From NCBI GenBank assembly GCA_963816185.1, contig CAWFJJ010000008.1:224001-288000 (forward strand): a stretch of DNA of 64,000 bases, in the 5' to 3' direction. Origin of the DNA: Thermoanaerobaculia bacterium. GTDB taxonomy: Bacteria; Acidobacteriota; Thermoanaerobaculia; UBA5066. Position 1 is the stretch's first letter. Every line of letters starts with the position of its first letter. Both the position numbers and the translations under genes were made by a program. The notes under the pieces were generated by a model. It was not told the origin of the DNA. It searched no databases and saw nothing but the letters and a program-made list of their open reading frames with translations. Shown here one piece after another: positions 28,357-40,309 of the stretch.

Positions 28357-31179
28357 TTAGAAGTCCAGACGAGCCGTCAGGACGAAGCGCCTCGGCGCGG
28401 CCCAAGCCGTCGGCGTCCCGAAGGCCGGGTTTGGCTGAGAGGTTCCCTGCGGGCCGAGGGAGGTCGGCGGGTTGGCGTCCTCGTACGCGTCGAAGTACTT
28501 TATATCGTCGACGCTCAGAACGGTCTGCGTGTTGAAGAGGTTCTGGACGCGCGCTTCGAGACGAATGCCAAGAGTGTCCGACGGCTTGAACGTGTAGGCC
28601 GCGAGGAGATCGAAGTTCGTCCACGTCGGGAGCCGGTGCGAACCGGCTGGCTCGAGGTAGCGGCCGTAGTCTGTCGACGGCGTCCCCCCGCGAGCCTCCC
28701 ACGGTGTGCCGCTCTGGACGCGGAGGAAGCCGCCCACGGTGACGCCGAACGGAAGGTCGTATGTTCCCATCGCCTTGAAGATGATCGGGCGGTCCTGCCG
28801 CATGAGGCCGTCACGATTCGGTTCGGCCGAGTACCAGCCGGGCTCGTCCTCGAGGAACGAGGAGGTGTTGAAGAGGGCGAGTCCGTAGTCCTCGTCGAAG
28901 TTACCGGCCAGCTTGCTGTACGTGATGTTCGCGTCCGCGTACCAACGGTTCGCGTACCTCTTCGAGACGTCCAGCGTAACACCGTGGTAATGGCGCCGGG
29001 CGTCGGGGAAGTTCGCGGCCTGGAAGCTGCCGAAGTAGGTGTTCGAGTCGTAGGGGTTCGCGCCGATCCCGGTGTCCTCGAACGCGTTCTTGAGGTTCCG
29101 GTACTGGTAGTAGAGGTCGAAGGTGACGTCCTTCGTGAGTGCCGCCGAGTAGCCGAGGATGAATTCCTGGTAGTACGGCGGCTTGAGGTCGGTCGGGATG
29201 AACTTCCCTCCCGAGGAGCCCCGGTACTGCGAGCCGAGGAATCCGCCATAGGGCACCGAGCCGCAGCCCGTCGTGACGGTGCAGAAGTAGGCCTGGTCCT
29301 GACGAATCCGGAACGGCGCGAAGGACCGCGCCGTGGACTTCTGGTCCATGCCGGCGTATTCGCCATAGGTCGAATAGAGCTTGTCGCTGGAGAGCAGGTT
29401 CGGGTTCCAGGTGATGCCGAGGCGAGGCTGGACCTGCTGGCTCCAGCTGAACGTCATGAAGTTGAAACGCGTGTCGGACGTTTCCGCGGGCGTCCCGGTC
29501 GACCCGCAGACCTGGCCGGCTTTGCAAACCTGGGCGAAGTCGTCCTTGTTGGCGAGAACCCCGACGTAGATCGTCAGGTTCTTCATCGTGATCGTGTCCT
29601 GGATGAAAGCCGAGTACGTGCGCGCCTTGGAGTTCTGCGTCGGCTGGGAGGTGTAGTACCGGGCGCGGTCCGAGGCATACTTGGTACCGGTGCCACAGAC
29701 AGCGGTCGGGCAGGTCCCGCCGATCGCCCCCCAGAGGCCCCAGCCGTTCGTCGCGCGGACGGTGTCCATCGAATCGTCCTCGAAGCCGCCGCCCAGCTTG
29801 AACGCGTTCTGCGTCGGTCCGATGTCGAGATACTGGCTGAGCGTGGCCTTGACCTCGCTCCTCTTGTACCGGTCGCCGGTCTCGGCGAACTCGGGCAAGC
29901 CTCCGTTGTTGCTATGCCGATTCGGGTCGGGAAAGTAGCCGTACGCCGCGAGATTTTTCGGGTCGATCGTCATCGGCTGGAATGCAGGAACGAGATTCTG
30001 GCCCACAGACGTGTCGTTCTCCTGCAGGGCGACGTACTTCGCCTCGAAGACCGTGTCTTTCGACGCGAACCAGTCCGCTGTGAAATTCCCGACGTAGTTC
30101 GTCGTGTCGGTCCCGTAGCCGGCGGTGGGTGCGTCGTAGACCGAGTTGAACTGGTCCGTCCCTTTGTTCGGCAGCGCGCGGAAGCCCGCGTTGAGAAGGA
30201 GCGACTGGCCGATGAAGCCTGTCAGCTTTCCGAAGTAGTCGCCGTTGTGCGACTTCGAGTCGGGCTGCGTCGCCGTGGTGTTGTCGACCAGCGTGGCCGA
30301 CTGGCCGGTCGTCTTATTGTCGTAGTAAGCGCCCGAGACATATCCGAAGAGCATGTCCTTCACGATCGGGAACCCGAGGTTCGCCTGACCGCTGTAGTTG
30401 TTGACATTGGACTGCGTGCCGAAGTCTCGGTTCGCCTGAAAGGAAGACGGCGAAATGATGGCCTGCACGCTGCCGACGATCTGGTTCGTTCCCGACTTCG
30501 TGACGGCGTTGATCATCGCGCCCGATGTCCGGCCGAACTCGGCCGAGATGCCGCCCTTCTTCACGTTGAAGTCCGCGATGTCGAGCTGGTTCGTGTCGAC
30601 GCCGAGGAAGCCGTAGCCCGGGTTCGTGATGTTGACGCCGTCGAGGAGGTACTTGTTGTCCTGCCGCGTTCCGCCGGAGATCGAGACGAAGCCTTGTCCG
30701 TCCGAGGCGGCGGCCCCCGGTACGAGCTTCAGGACTCCCTCGTACGTCCGCGAGAGCGGCAGGTCCTTGATCGTGTTGTCGGTGAAGTTGAAGTTGACCT
30801 CGGAGGCCGTCTTGTCGATCTCGGCCGCGGCGCCGGTCACGACGACCTCTGCCTTCGTCGTCTGAACGAGCGTGAGCGCGAGCTGCGCATCGCTGTCGAC
30901 GAAGACCTTGACCTTGTGGCTCGCCGTACCGAGCCCCTGGAGCTCCGCGGTGACAACGTAGTCGCCGGGCAGAAGGACCGTGAACTTGAACGCGCCGTTC
31001 GCGTTCGTGACGGTGTCGCGGGGGGCCTGTGCGCCCGCGAGCTTCACGCTGGCGCCGGGAACGGGAGCACCGGTGCCGTCTTTCACGACGCCCGAGATCG
31101 ACCCCGTCTCGCCCGCCAACGCCGCGGTGGCCGTGACGAGAAGCACAAGTGAAATGAGAACACGCGAGATGAGCCTCAT
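28357..31179 (-). CDS. Oar-like TonB-dependent outer-membrane receptor with carboxypeptidase-regulatory-like N-domain
   Basis: Signal peptide, G.ISG.V.D..GA.VPGA.V, SAEFGR.SG..IN..TKSGTN, terminal ARLDF; GGAGG SD. Confidence 0.92.
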   Translation of the reverse strand: MRLISRVLISLVLLVTATAALAGETGSISGVVKDGTGAPVPGASVKLAGAQAPRDTVTNANGAFKFTVLLPGDYVVTAELQGLGTASHKVKVFVDSDAQLALTLVQTTKAEVVVTGAAAEIDKTASEVNFNFTDNTIKDLPLSRTYEGVLKLVPGAAASDGQGFVSISGGTRQDNKYLLDGVNITNPGYGFLGVDTNQLDIADFNVKKGGISAEFGRTSGAMINAVTKSGTNQIVGSVQAIISPSSFQANRDFGTQSNVNNYSGQANLGFPIVKDMLFGYVSGAYYDNKTTGQSATLVDNTTATQPDSKSHNGDYFGKLTGFIGQSLLLNAGFRALPNKGTDQFNSVYDAPTAGYGTDTTNYVGNFTADWFASKDTVFEAKYVALQENDTSVGQNLVPAFQPMTIDPKNLAAYGYFPDPNRHSNNGGLPEFAETGDRYKRSEVKATLSQYLDIGPTQNAFKLGGGFEDDSMDTVRATNGWGLWGAIGGTCPTAVCGTGTKYASDRARYYTSQPTQNSKARTYSAFIQDTITMKNLTIYVGVLANKDDFAQVCKAGQVCGSTGTPAETSDTRFNFMTFSWSQQVQPRLGITWNPNLLSSDKLYSTYGEYAGMDQKSTARSFAPFRIRQDQAYFCTVTTGCGSVPYGGFLGSQYRGSSGGKFIPTDLKPPYYQEFILGYSAALTKDVTFDLYYQYRNLKNAFEDTGIGANPYDSNTYFGSFQAANFPDARRHYHGVTLDVSKRYANRWYADANITYSKLAGNFDEDYGLALFNTSSFLEDEPGWYSAEPNRDGLMRQDRPIIFKAMGTYDLPFGVTVGGFLRVQSGTPWEARGGTPSTDYGRYLEPAGSHRLPTWTNFDLLAAYTFKPSDTLGIRLEARVQNLFNTQTVLSVDDIKYFDAYEDANPPTSLGPQGTSQPNPAFGTPTAWAAPRRFVLTARLDF

Positions 31180-31334
31180 GCCTGAACCTCCTCCTCCTCG
31201 AATCGAATGCGATACGAATTCACCGTGACTTTTATCACGAAAGAGCGCTCGCGATCGAGTGATCAGGGCGCATCCAATTCTTTGGAGCCGCCAGACTCCG
31301 ACGCGTCGGGTGAGGCGCTGCTAGAGTGCCGCCC

Positions 31335-31979
31335 GTGAGCGCGGCTCCGGCGCTTCTCTACCTTCACGGCCTCGCGTCCTCGCCGAAGGGCCGCAAGAGG
31401 GAGATGCTCGAGAGACGCTTCGCGGCGGAAGGCTGGAAGGTCGTCGCTCCAGATCTGAACGTCCCCTCTTTTCGCGAGCTCTCTTTCGCCGAGATGTGCG
31501 CCGAAGCGTTCGTGACCTGCGCGGAGGCGAGGCCGCGAGTCGTCGTCGGCAGCTCGCTCGGCGCCCTCGTGGCCCTCTCCGTGACGGGCATGCTCGAAAA
31601 CGGCCGCCCGCCGCTCGTCCTCGTCGCACCCGCGCTCGGATTCGGCGAAAGGTGGAAGTCGAAGCTGCCGGAAGGCGACGTTTTCGAGCTCTTCCACCAC
31701 GGCGAAGGCCGGCCGCTTCCCATCCATCGCGCCTTTTTCGAGGAGATGGCGGGCGTGCGCGTGGACGAAGCGGCGCCGCCCGTGCCGGTCTCGATGGTCA
31801 TGGGAACGCGCGACGAATCCGTGCCCTTCGATCAGGTCGCCGAGTCGTGGGCGCGGTGGGAAGCCTCGGGGCGCCTCGCTCCCGGCTCACTCTTCCACCG
31901 CGTCGAGGGCGGCGACCACGGCCTCATCGAGTTCGGCGACGAGATCGAGGCCGCTGTGAGAGAGCGGCTTTCGGGCTAA
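31335..31979 (+). CDS. YqiA/YcfP-family alpha/beta hydrolase
   Basis: YLHGLASSP...K, GSSLG, G.RDESVP, GDH. Confidence 0.88.
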   Translation: MSAAPALLYLHGLASSPKGRKREMLERRFAAEGWKVVAPDLNVPSFRELSFAEMCAEAFVTCAEARPRVVVGSSLGALVALSVTGMLENGRPPLVLVAPALGFGERWKSKLPEGDVFELFHHGEGRPLPIHRAFFEEMAGVRVDEAAPPVPVSMVMGTRDESVPFDQVAESWARWEASGRLAPGSLFHRVEGGDHGLIEFGDEIEAAVRERLSG

Positions 31980-33346
31980 ACGGACTTTGCCGAGGGCCGC
32001 CCGACCGTCAGGTAATAGATCGGGATTCCCGCCGCGACGACGCCGAGGACAGCGAGCGTCGACCAGCGGCTCTCGGGCTGGACGATCGCGTTCGCGAGGA
32101 GATAGAGCACGGAGGCGATGAAGAGGATCGGCACGAGTGGGAAGAACGGCGCCCGAAAGGACGGCGCGTAGCCGGGCGCTCTCCTCAGCCGGAAAATAGA
32201 CGCGACCCCGAGAGCGTAGAAGGGGAGGAACGCGGTCACGAACGCGTCGGCGAGCTGCTCGAAGCTGCGCGACAGAACGAAGATGATCCCGAGGGCCGCC
32301 GTCATCGAGATCGACACCCAGGGCGTGCCCCAGCGCGGGTGCACGGAGGCGATCGGCTTGAAGAAGAGCCGGTCGTTCGCCATCGCGAAAAAGATGCGCG
32401 GGCTCGTGAAGAGCACCGTGTTGAGCGTGCCGAAGGTGGAGATCATCACCGTGACGGACACGAAAGCGACGCCGGCCCTCCCGAAGACGGCCTGTGCGAC
32501 GTCGGCGGCGACGAGCTTCGAGACGCGGATCTGGTCGATCGGAAGGACCGCGAGGTACGCGAGGTTCGCGAGGAGGTAGATCGCGACGACGGCGAGCGTG
32601 CCGCCGATGAGGGCGCGCGGGAGGTTCTTCGCCGGATCTTTGACCTCGCCGGCGTTGTAGGCGAGGTCGGCCCAGCCGTCGAATGCCCACAGCGTCGAGA
32701 CGAGCGCGAGGCCGAACGCGGCGAGCGTGAAGCTGCCCGCGGGAGCCGCCGGCGTGAAGTGGCCGCCCGTCGCCGGGAGGCCGAGACCGAACGCGACGAG
32801 GACGATGAAGACGAGCCCGCCGTATTTCGCGAGAACGGTCAGGTTGCTGACCATCGCCGCGAGCGAGACGCCGCGGATGTTGAAGAACGCCGTGAGGGCG
32901 ATCGCGAACGCCGCGAACCAGCGCACGATCCAGACGTTCGCGGGGCTCTCCGGGTCGGTCCCGATCACGCGGAAGAAATATTCCGAGAACACGATGGAGA
33001 TCGCCCCGAGTGAGGCGGCGCGGATCATCGAGAACTGTCCCCATCCGAAGAGGAAGCCCGCGAGACGGCCCCAGCCGTCGCGGCAGAAGACGTAAAGGCC
33101 GCCCGTTTCGGGCAGCGCGCTCGCGACCTCGGCCAGCGTCAGGGCGCCGCAGATCGCAAAGAGCCCGCCCGCCGCCCACACGCACAGCATGGGAAGCGGT
33201 CCAGGAAGCTTCGCGGCGATGCCCGCCGGCGATCTGAAGATCCCGGAGCCGATCGTCGAGCCGATGACGACGGCGACGGCGCTCCAGATGCCGAGCGTCC
33301 GCCGCAGCTCGTGCGGCGCCGCTGGAACCGAGGCGGCATCCGGCAT
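31976..33346 (-). CDS. APC-family amino acid permease
   Basis: IGSTIGSGIF, AE..SALP.TGG.Y, WAFDGW, GEVKDP..NLPRA. Confidence 0.92.
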   Translation of the reverse strand: MPDAASVPAAPHELRRTLGIWSAVAVVIGSTIGSGIFRSPAGIAAKLPGPLPMLCVWAAGGLFAICGALTLAEVASALPETGGLYVFCRDGWGRLAGFLFGWGQFSMIRAASLGAISIVFSEYFFRVIGTDPESPANVWIVRWFAAFAIALTAFFNIRGVSLAAMVSNLTVLAKYGGLVFIVLVAFGLGLPATGGHFTPAAPAGSFTLAAFGLALVSTLWAFDGWADLAYNAGEVKDPAKNLPRALIGGTLAVVAIYLLANLAYLAVLPIDQIRVSKLVAADVAQAVFGRAGVAFVSVTVMISTFGTLNTVLFTSPRIFFAMANDRLFFKPIASVHPRWGTPWVSISMTAALGIIFVLSRSFEQLADAFVTAFLPFYALGVASIFRLRRAPGYAPSFRAPFFPLVPILFIASVLYLLANAIVQPESRWSTLAVLGVVAAGIPIYYLTVGRPSAKSV

Positions 33347-33410
33347 CTACGAATGGTACAGGACCCGACACAGGCCGTCCTCGGGCGGAACGCCATAGAA
33401 TCGATCGGCC

Positions 33411-34559
33411 GTGAAGATGTCTTTCGGTCTCGCGGCTCTCGTGGCAGCCCTCGCCTGCGGCGTGGGCGCCGGGCCGCGGGGCGTGGACCCGGGCTTACGC
33501 CTGGCGGCCGACAAAGGCCCCGGCAGCCTCGCCCTTGCCGACCTGAACGGCGACGGGCGGCTGGATCTCGTCGTTGCGAACGACGAGAGCGGAGACGTGA
33601 CCGTTCTGCTCGGAGACGGGAAGGGAGGCTTCGCGGCGGCGCGCGGGTCGCCCTTCCCGGCCGGAGAATCCCCGAACGACATCGCGATCGCGGACTTCGA
33701 CGGCGACGGCAAGCCGGATCTCGCGTTCCCGAACCACGACACCTCCCACGTAACGGTCCTCCTCGGAGACGGGCGCGGCGGATTCGGGCCGGCGCCGGGG
33801 TCGCCGGTCACGGTCCGGAGCAAACCGCATCCGCACGGAATCGCCGCCGCGGACTTCAACGCGGACTCTCACGTCGATTTCGCCGTCGAGAGCTGGGCGA
33901 GCGATCAGGTCGAGGTGGTCTTCGGAACCGGAGGCGGGAGGTTCCGAACCCGGAGCCAGCTTTTCGGCGTGGGTCACATGCCCTACCAGAAGCTCCGAGC
34001 GGGCGATTTGAACGACGACGGAGTCCCCGACATCGTCACGACGAACTTCGAGGGAGGGAACGTGACCGCCCTGCTCGGAGACGGCAAGGGCGGCTTCCGC
34101 GAGCCGCCCGGCTCCCCGTTTCCCGCAGGGGAGACTCCGTTCTCGCTCGCGCTCGCCGACGTCGACCGGGACGGCCATCTCGACCTCGTCGTCTCGAACT
34201 TCTCCGGCCGCGGCGGTGATACGAGCCACGACGCCGTCAACGTGCTCCTCGGGGACGGGCGTGGCGGATTCCGTAAGATGAAAGGCTCGCCGTTCGCGGC
34301 GGGCCCGAACCCGATCCACGTGACCGTCGGCGACGTGAACGGCGACGGCTGGCCGGACATCGCGACCGCGAACATGAGGGGCGACGATGTGACGGTTCTC
34401 CTCGGAGACGGACACGGATCGTTCCAGCCCGGCGTTCGCAGGCCGGCGGGGAGAGAGCCGTACGGTGTGGCGGTGGAAGACGTAGACGGGGATGGCCGTG
34501 CCGAGATCTTCGTGGCGAACCACGGCGGCGGCGACGTCAAGATGATCCGGTTCCGCTGA
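33411..34559 (+). CDS. Exported FG-GAP/VCBS repeat beta-propeller protein
   Basis: Seven (A/G)D.NGDG..D.....N/VT.LLGDG.GGF repeats; signal peptide. Confidence 0.9.
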   Translation: MKMSFGLAALVAALACGVGAGPRGVDPGLRLAADKGPGSLALADLNGDGRLDLVVANDESGDVTVLLGDGKGGFAAARGSPFPAGESPNDIAIADFDGDGKPDLAFPNHDTSHVTVLLGDGRGGFGPAPGSPVTVRSKPHPHGIAAADFNADSHVDFAVESWASDQVEVVFGTGGGRFRTRSQLFGVGHMPYQKLRAGDLNDDGVPDIVTTNFEGGNVTALLGDGKGGFREPPGSPFPAGETPFSLALADVDRDGHLDLVVSNFSGRGGDTSHDAVNVLLGDGRGGFRKMKGSPFAAGPNPIHVTVGDVNGDGWPDIATANMRGDDVTVLLGDGHGSFQPGVRRPAGREPYGVAVEDVDGDGRAEIFVANHGGGDVKMIRFR

Positions 34560-37258
<2,699 letters not shown>

Positions 37259-37287
37259 GAGCGCGATCCTGGTCCAGAATGGCGCGC

Positions 37288-37491
37288 ATGTCGAAGCCAA
37301 GATCCGAGGACGAGCAGAAGGCCGTCGAGACGATCCTGTGGGCGCTCGGCCATCGCCTCGCGCGCCTGAGGGACGAGTACACGATGAAGGTTCAGCGCGG
37401 CGAGGAGCCCGAGGGCGTGACGAAGGGCTTCGAGATGGCGCTCCGCGAGATCAACGACATGCTTCCGCGGCGCAAGCGTTTCAGGGGCTGA
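37288..37491 (+). CDS. Small hypothetical helical protein
   Basis: 67 aa ORF with GC-typical codons filling the gap between trmJ and the NnrS-like gene. Confidence 0.65.
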   Translation: MSKPRSEDEQKAVETILWALGHRLARLRDEYTMKVQRGEEPEGVTKGFEMALREINDMLPRRKRFRG

Positions 37492-37497
37492 AACTGT

Positions 37498-38844
37498 TCA
37501 GGCGGCATGCGCGTGCACCGGGAGAGCCACGGGACTCGTGGCGTTCGCCCTCCGTTTAAGAGTCGCGACGAGGACGTGCGCCCACAGGAGCAGGCCTACC
37601 GTCGCGAAAATGCCGGTCGTCCCGACGAGCCTGTAAAGAGGCAGGCCGCCCCAGCCGAGGGCGACGGGGATCTGCAGCGCGCGGACCAAGGCCGCGGCGG
37701 CCACGAAGGCGAGGGCGAGACGTGCTTCGCGCGGGCGCACGAGCGCGCGACCCGTGAACGCCGGGACCACGCGCAGGCTCATGCCGACGATCAGGAGCGT
37801 GAGAAACCCGATCGTGTAGACGTGTCGCGCGCCGTCCCACACGAACTTGTGAACAGAGGCCCCCGAGAGCTCGCCGATCGAAGCCGCGATGGAGATCGCC
37901 GCGAAGAGCCCGAGAAAGGCGAACGGCGCGCGCAGCGAGAGCGCTCCGGGAGCCTTGGCGAACGGCGCGAGGATTCGGCCGGCGGCGAGGAACACGAGAA
38001 CCGCCGCAGAGACGAGCAGCGTTCCGCCGAGCGCGAAGCCGCGTGAGACGGGCGGCGTCAGGCCGGGAATCCAAGCGGCCGCGAGGAGGAGGACGCCTGC
38101 CCCCTGCAGCGCCGCGACGGGCCGCGCGCTCTTCGCAGTGGGTCGGTGCAGCCCCAGGAACGCGGGGACCATCCGCGAGGCGAAACCGAGTACGTACGAG
38201 AGAATGAAGCCGTAGAGCGCGATCGCGTAGAAGGGCTCGACGAGGCCGCCCGGGATCTCGGACTCCGCATGGCCCGCGAGGAAGAGCGACTGAGCGCCGG
38301 AGAGCACGACGGCGAGCGCGGCCCAGAGCGATCCGAAGAGGACGTGAAGGGAAAGAGGGTCGCCGAGGGAGCGGCGCGCGGCGAGAACGGGCAGAGCCCA
38401 GGCGAGGAACGCGAACACACCGGCGATCTCGAGCGTCCCCGAGAGAAGAGACAGGAATCGGCCCGCCGGCCAGGGCGCGAGCGGCTGTCCGAACGCGCGC
38501 AGCAGGGCGCCGCCGCCCACGCCGACGAGCACGGTGAAGAGCACCCGGTTGGACGGCGTTTTCGCTCCGAGGATGCGCGGAAGCGCGTGAAGCGCGACGC
38601 CGAAGATGAAGAGGCCGGCGAACCCGAGGAGCTGGACGTGCGCGTGAAGCTGAAGATGGGACACGAGAACCGTGCCTCCGGCGAAAGCCATCTGCCAGAT
38701 CGCCCAGCCGCCAGTCGAAACGCCGAGCGTGAGGGCGAGGGCGAGCGCGGTGAGGACGAAGGAGGGCAGGAGGTTGCGGGGGGGCGCGCTCGGGGCGTTC
38801 GACCCGCAAGCGCTGCAGCAAGGAGCGGTCTGAAGGGGGGCCAT
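37498..38844 (-). CDS. NnrS-like polytopic membrane protein
   Basis: H.QLHAHVQL.GF..LFI.G, GF..RM.PAF, RH..TIGF....I.GM..R..P; about 12 hydrophobic segments; GGAG SD. Confidence 0.7.
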   Translation of the reverse strand: MAPLQTAPCCSACGSNAPSAPPRNLLPSFVLTALALALTLGVSTGGWAIWQMAFAGGTVLVSHLQLHAHVQLLGFAGLFIFGVALHALPRILGAKTPSNRVLFTVLVGVGGGALLRAFGQPLAPWPAGRFLSLLSGTLEIAGVFAFLAWALPVLAARRSLGDPLSLHVLFGSLWAALAVVLSGAQSLFLAGHAESEIPGGLVEPFYAIALYGFILSYVLGFASRMVPAFLGLHRPTAKSARPVAALQGAGVLLLAAAWIPGLTPPVSRGFALGGTLLVSAAVLVFLAAGRILAPFAKAPGALSLRAPFAFLGLFAAISIAASIGELSGASVHKFVWDGARHVYTIGFLTLLIVGMSLRVVPAFTGRALVRPREARLALAFVAAAALVRALQIPVALGWGGLPLYRLVGTTGIFATVGLLLWAHVLVATLKRRANATSPVALPVHAHAA

Positions 38845-38888
38845 GTCTTTCTCCACGGCCAAATTAGGCGTCAAGGCGCGGGTCCGGT

Positions 38889-38902
38889 ATGACGGGCGTC
38901 AT
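38889..38902. promoter_or_regulatory. Crp/Fnr-type palindrome ATGAC-N4-GTCAT (box 1)
   Basis: ATGACGGGCGTCAT; minus-strand -10 TAATTT at 38866-38861. Confidence 0.7.
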
Positions 38903-38976
38903 TTCCGTGGGCTGAAGTCCCTGCATCATGGTTGCGCCGGCCATGGAGCACCATGCTTCAGCGCGGGAGGAGAACC

Positions 38977-40230
38977 TTGCTCAAGCCCGTCGAGCTCGAA
39001 ATCGAGCTCTTCTGCCGTGGGTTGCGCGTCGACCCTTCTTGCGAGGTGGATACCGACGGTCGCCGCATCTCGCGCACGCGCGCCGGCCTCGGGTCGGGCC
39101 TCGAGCTCGTCCTGCCGTCGCCGCGGAAGAAGATCTGGGTGAACGTGCCCGTCGTGGAGGCCTTCGCAGCGAAGTCGCCGTTCCTCCTGATGAAGACGGC
39201 GCGGGGCTACGTCGTTTGCGACTCTCGGCAAGGCGACCACTATCCCGTCGAGATCCCCGAGGAGCCCGCCTGGTACTCGTGGAAGACGTCGAGCGGCGTC
39301 GAGATGAGCCGTGTCGGAGTCCTGCAGGGCACGTACCTCGGGATCTACGTCTCGAACGCGTGTCTGTATTGGAACCTGCCGGCGTCTCCCGCGTGCGGCT
39401 TCTGCACGACGGGCCGCAACGTGGGCAAGGCCGAGGAGTCGAAGAAGAAGGTGGACGACGTGATCGAAGTCGCGAAGGCCGCGCGCGACGAGTCCGGCTC
39501 CATCTTCACGCATCTCAACACGGGCTATCACTTCGAGGACCGCGACGACCTCGAGGTCGTTCACGGCCTCAGGCAGTGCGAGCCGTTCGTGAAGCGGCTC
39601 CGCGCCGAGGTGGGCGGCTTCATCGGCGTCCAGGCCGTGCCGGTGCCGCGGCGCAAGTTCAACGAGTACGACGACCTGATCGCCGCCGGAACGGACCATT
39701 TCTCGTTCTGTTACGAATTCGAGGATCCCGCGTACTTCGCGAAGTTCTGCCCCGGTAAAGAGCTCACGCTGGGCCAAAAGGCGTTCTTCGAAGCGATGGA
39801 TTACACGGCGAAGAAGCTCGGGCCGGGGAAAGTCTCGGGCGAGATCATCGCGGGGCTCGAGCCTCTCGAGGCCACGAAGCGCGGTATCGACCGCATCGTG
39901 GATGCCGGGGCCTTTCCCACCGTCTGCATCTTCCGTCCCACCGTCGGCAGCGCGCTCGAGAGCGCCCCGCCACCCAAGGCGGACGAGATGCGCGAGGTCT
40001 TCACGCATCTCTGGAAGGCGGTGCAACGCGCCGGCCTCCCCGTCGGAATCCTCCCGGGCATCCAGGTCTCGCTCGTCGTCCAGCCGGAAGAAGCGGCCGA
40101 CCTCGTGCCGCCGACGTTCTCCTCGCGTCTCTACGAGACGAAGCTCGCGGCGCTGCGCACGTTCGCGAAACCTTACGTCGCGTGGAAGCTCCGCCCGAAG
40201 AGCGGACGGGTACGGGCGGCGACCGCGTAG
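38977..40230 (+). CDS. Radical SAM protein with atypical CX10CX2C motif
   Basis: CLYWNLPASPACGFC, IIAGLEPLE, PTVCIFRP..GS.L; TTG start after GGAGG. Confidence 0.8.
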   Translation: MLKPVELEIELFCRGLRVDPSCEVDTDGRRISRTRAGLGSGLELVLPSPRKKIWVNVPVVEAFAAKSPFLLMKTARGYVVCDSRQGDHYPVEIPEEPAWYSWKTSSGVEMSRVGVLQGTYLGIYVSNACLYWNLPASPACGFCTTGRNVGKAEESKKKVDDVIEVAKAARDESGSIFTHLNTGYHFEDRDDLEVVHGLRQCEPFVKRLRAEVGGFIGVQAVPVPRRKFNEYDDLIAAGTDHFSFCYEFEDPAYFAKFCPGKELTLGQKAFFEAMDYTAKKLGPGKVSGEIIAGLEPLEATKRGIDRIVDAGAFPTVCIFRPTVGSALESAPPPKADEMREVFTHLWKAVQRAGLPVGILPGIQVSLVVQPEEAADLVPPTFSSRLYETKLAALRTFAKPYVAWKLRPKSGRVRAATA

Positions 40231-40261
40231 AGGGCACCGTGGTCGGAAACACGCGCCCCCT

Positions 40262-40275
40262 ATGACCTTCGTCAT
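40262..40275. promoter_or_regulatory. Crp/Fnr-type palindrome ATGAC-N4-GTCAT (box 2)
   Basis: ATGACCTTCGTCAT centred 41.5 bp upstream of ATG 40310. Confidence 0.75.
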
Positions 40276-40309
40276 GACGGGCCGCCGCGTGGGAGAACAA
40301 CCTTCGACG

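Noticed and set aside
26329-31152. 1607-aa plus-strand ORF
   Set aside because: Artefact: the real ArnT-like N-terminus runs past the frameshift into the antisense shadow of the TonB receptor
33411-34559. Regularly spaced DNA repeats resembling an array
   Set aside because: They encode FG-GAP protein repeats; no identical repeat-spacer structure and no cas genes
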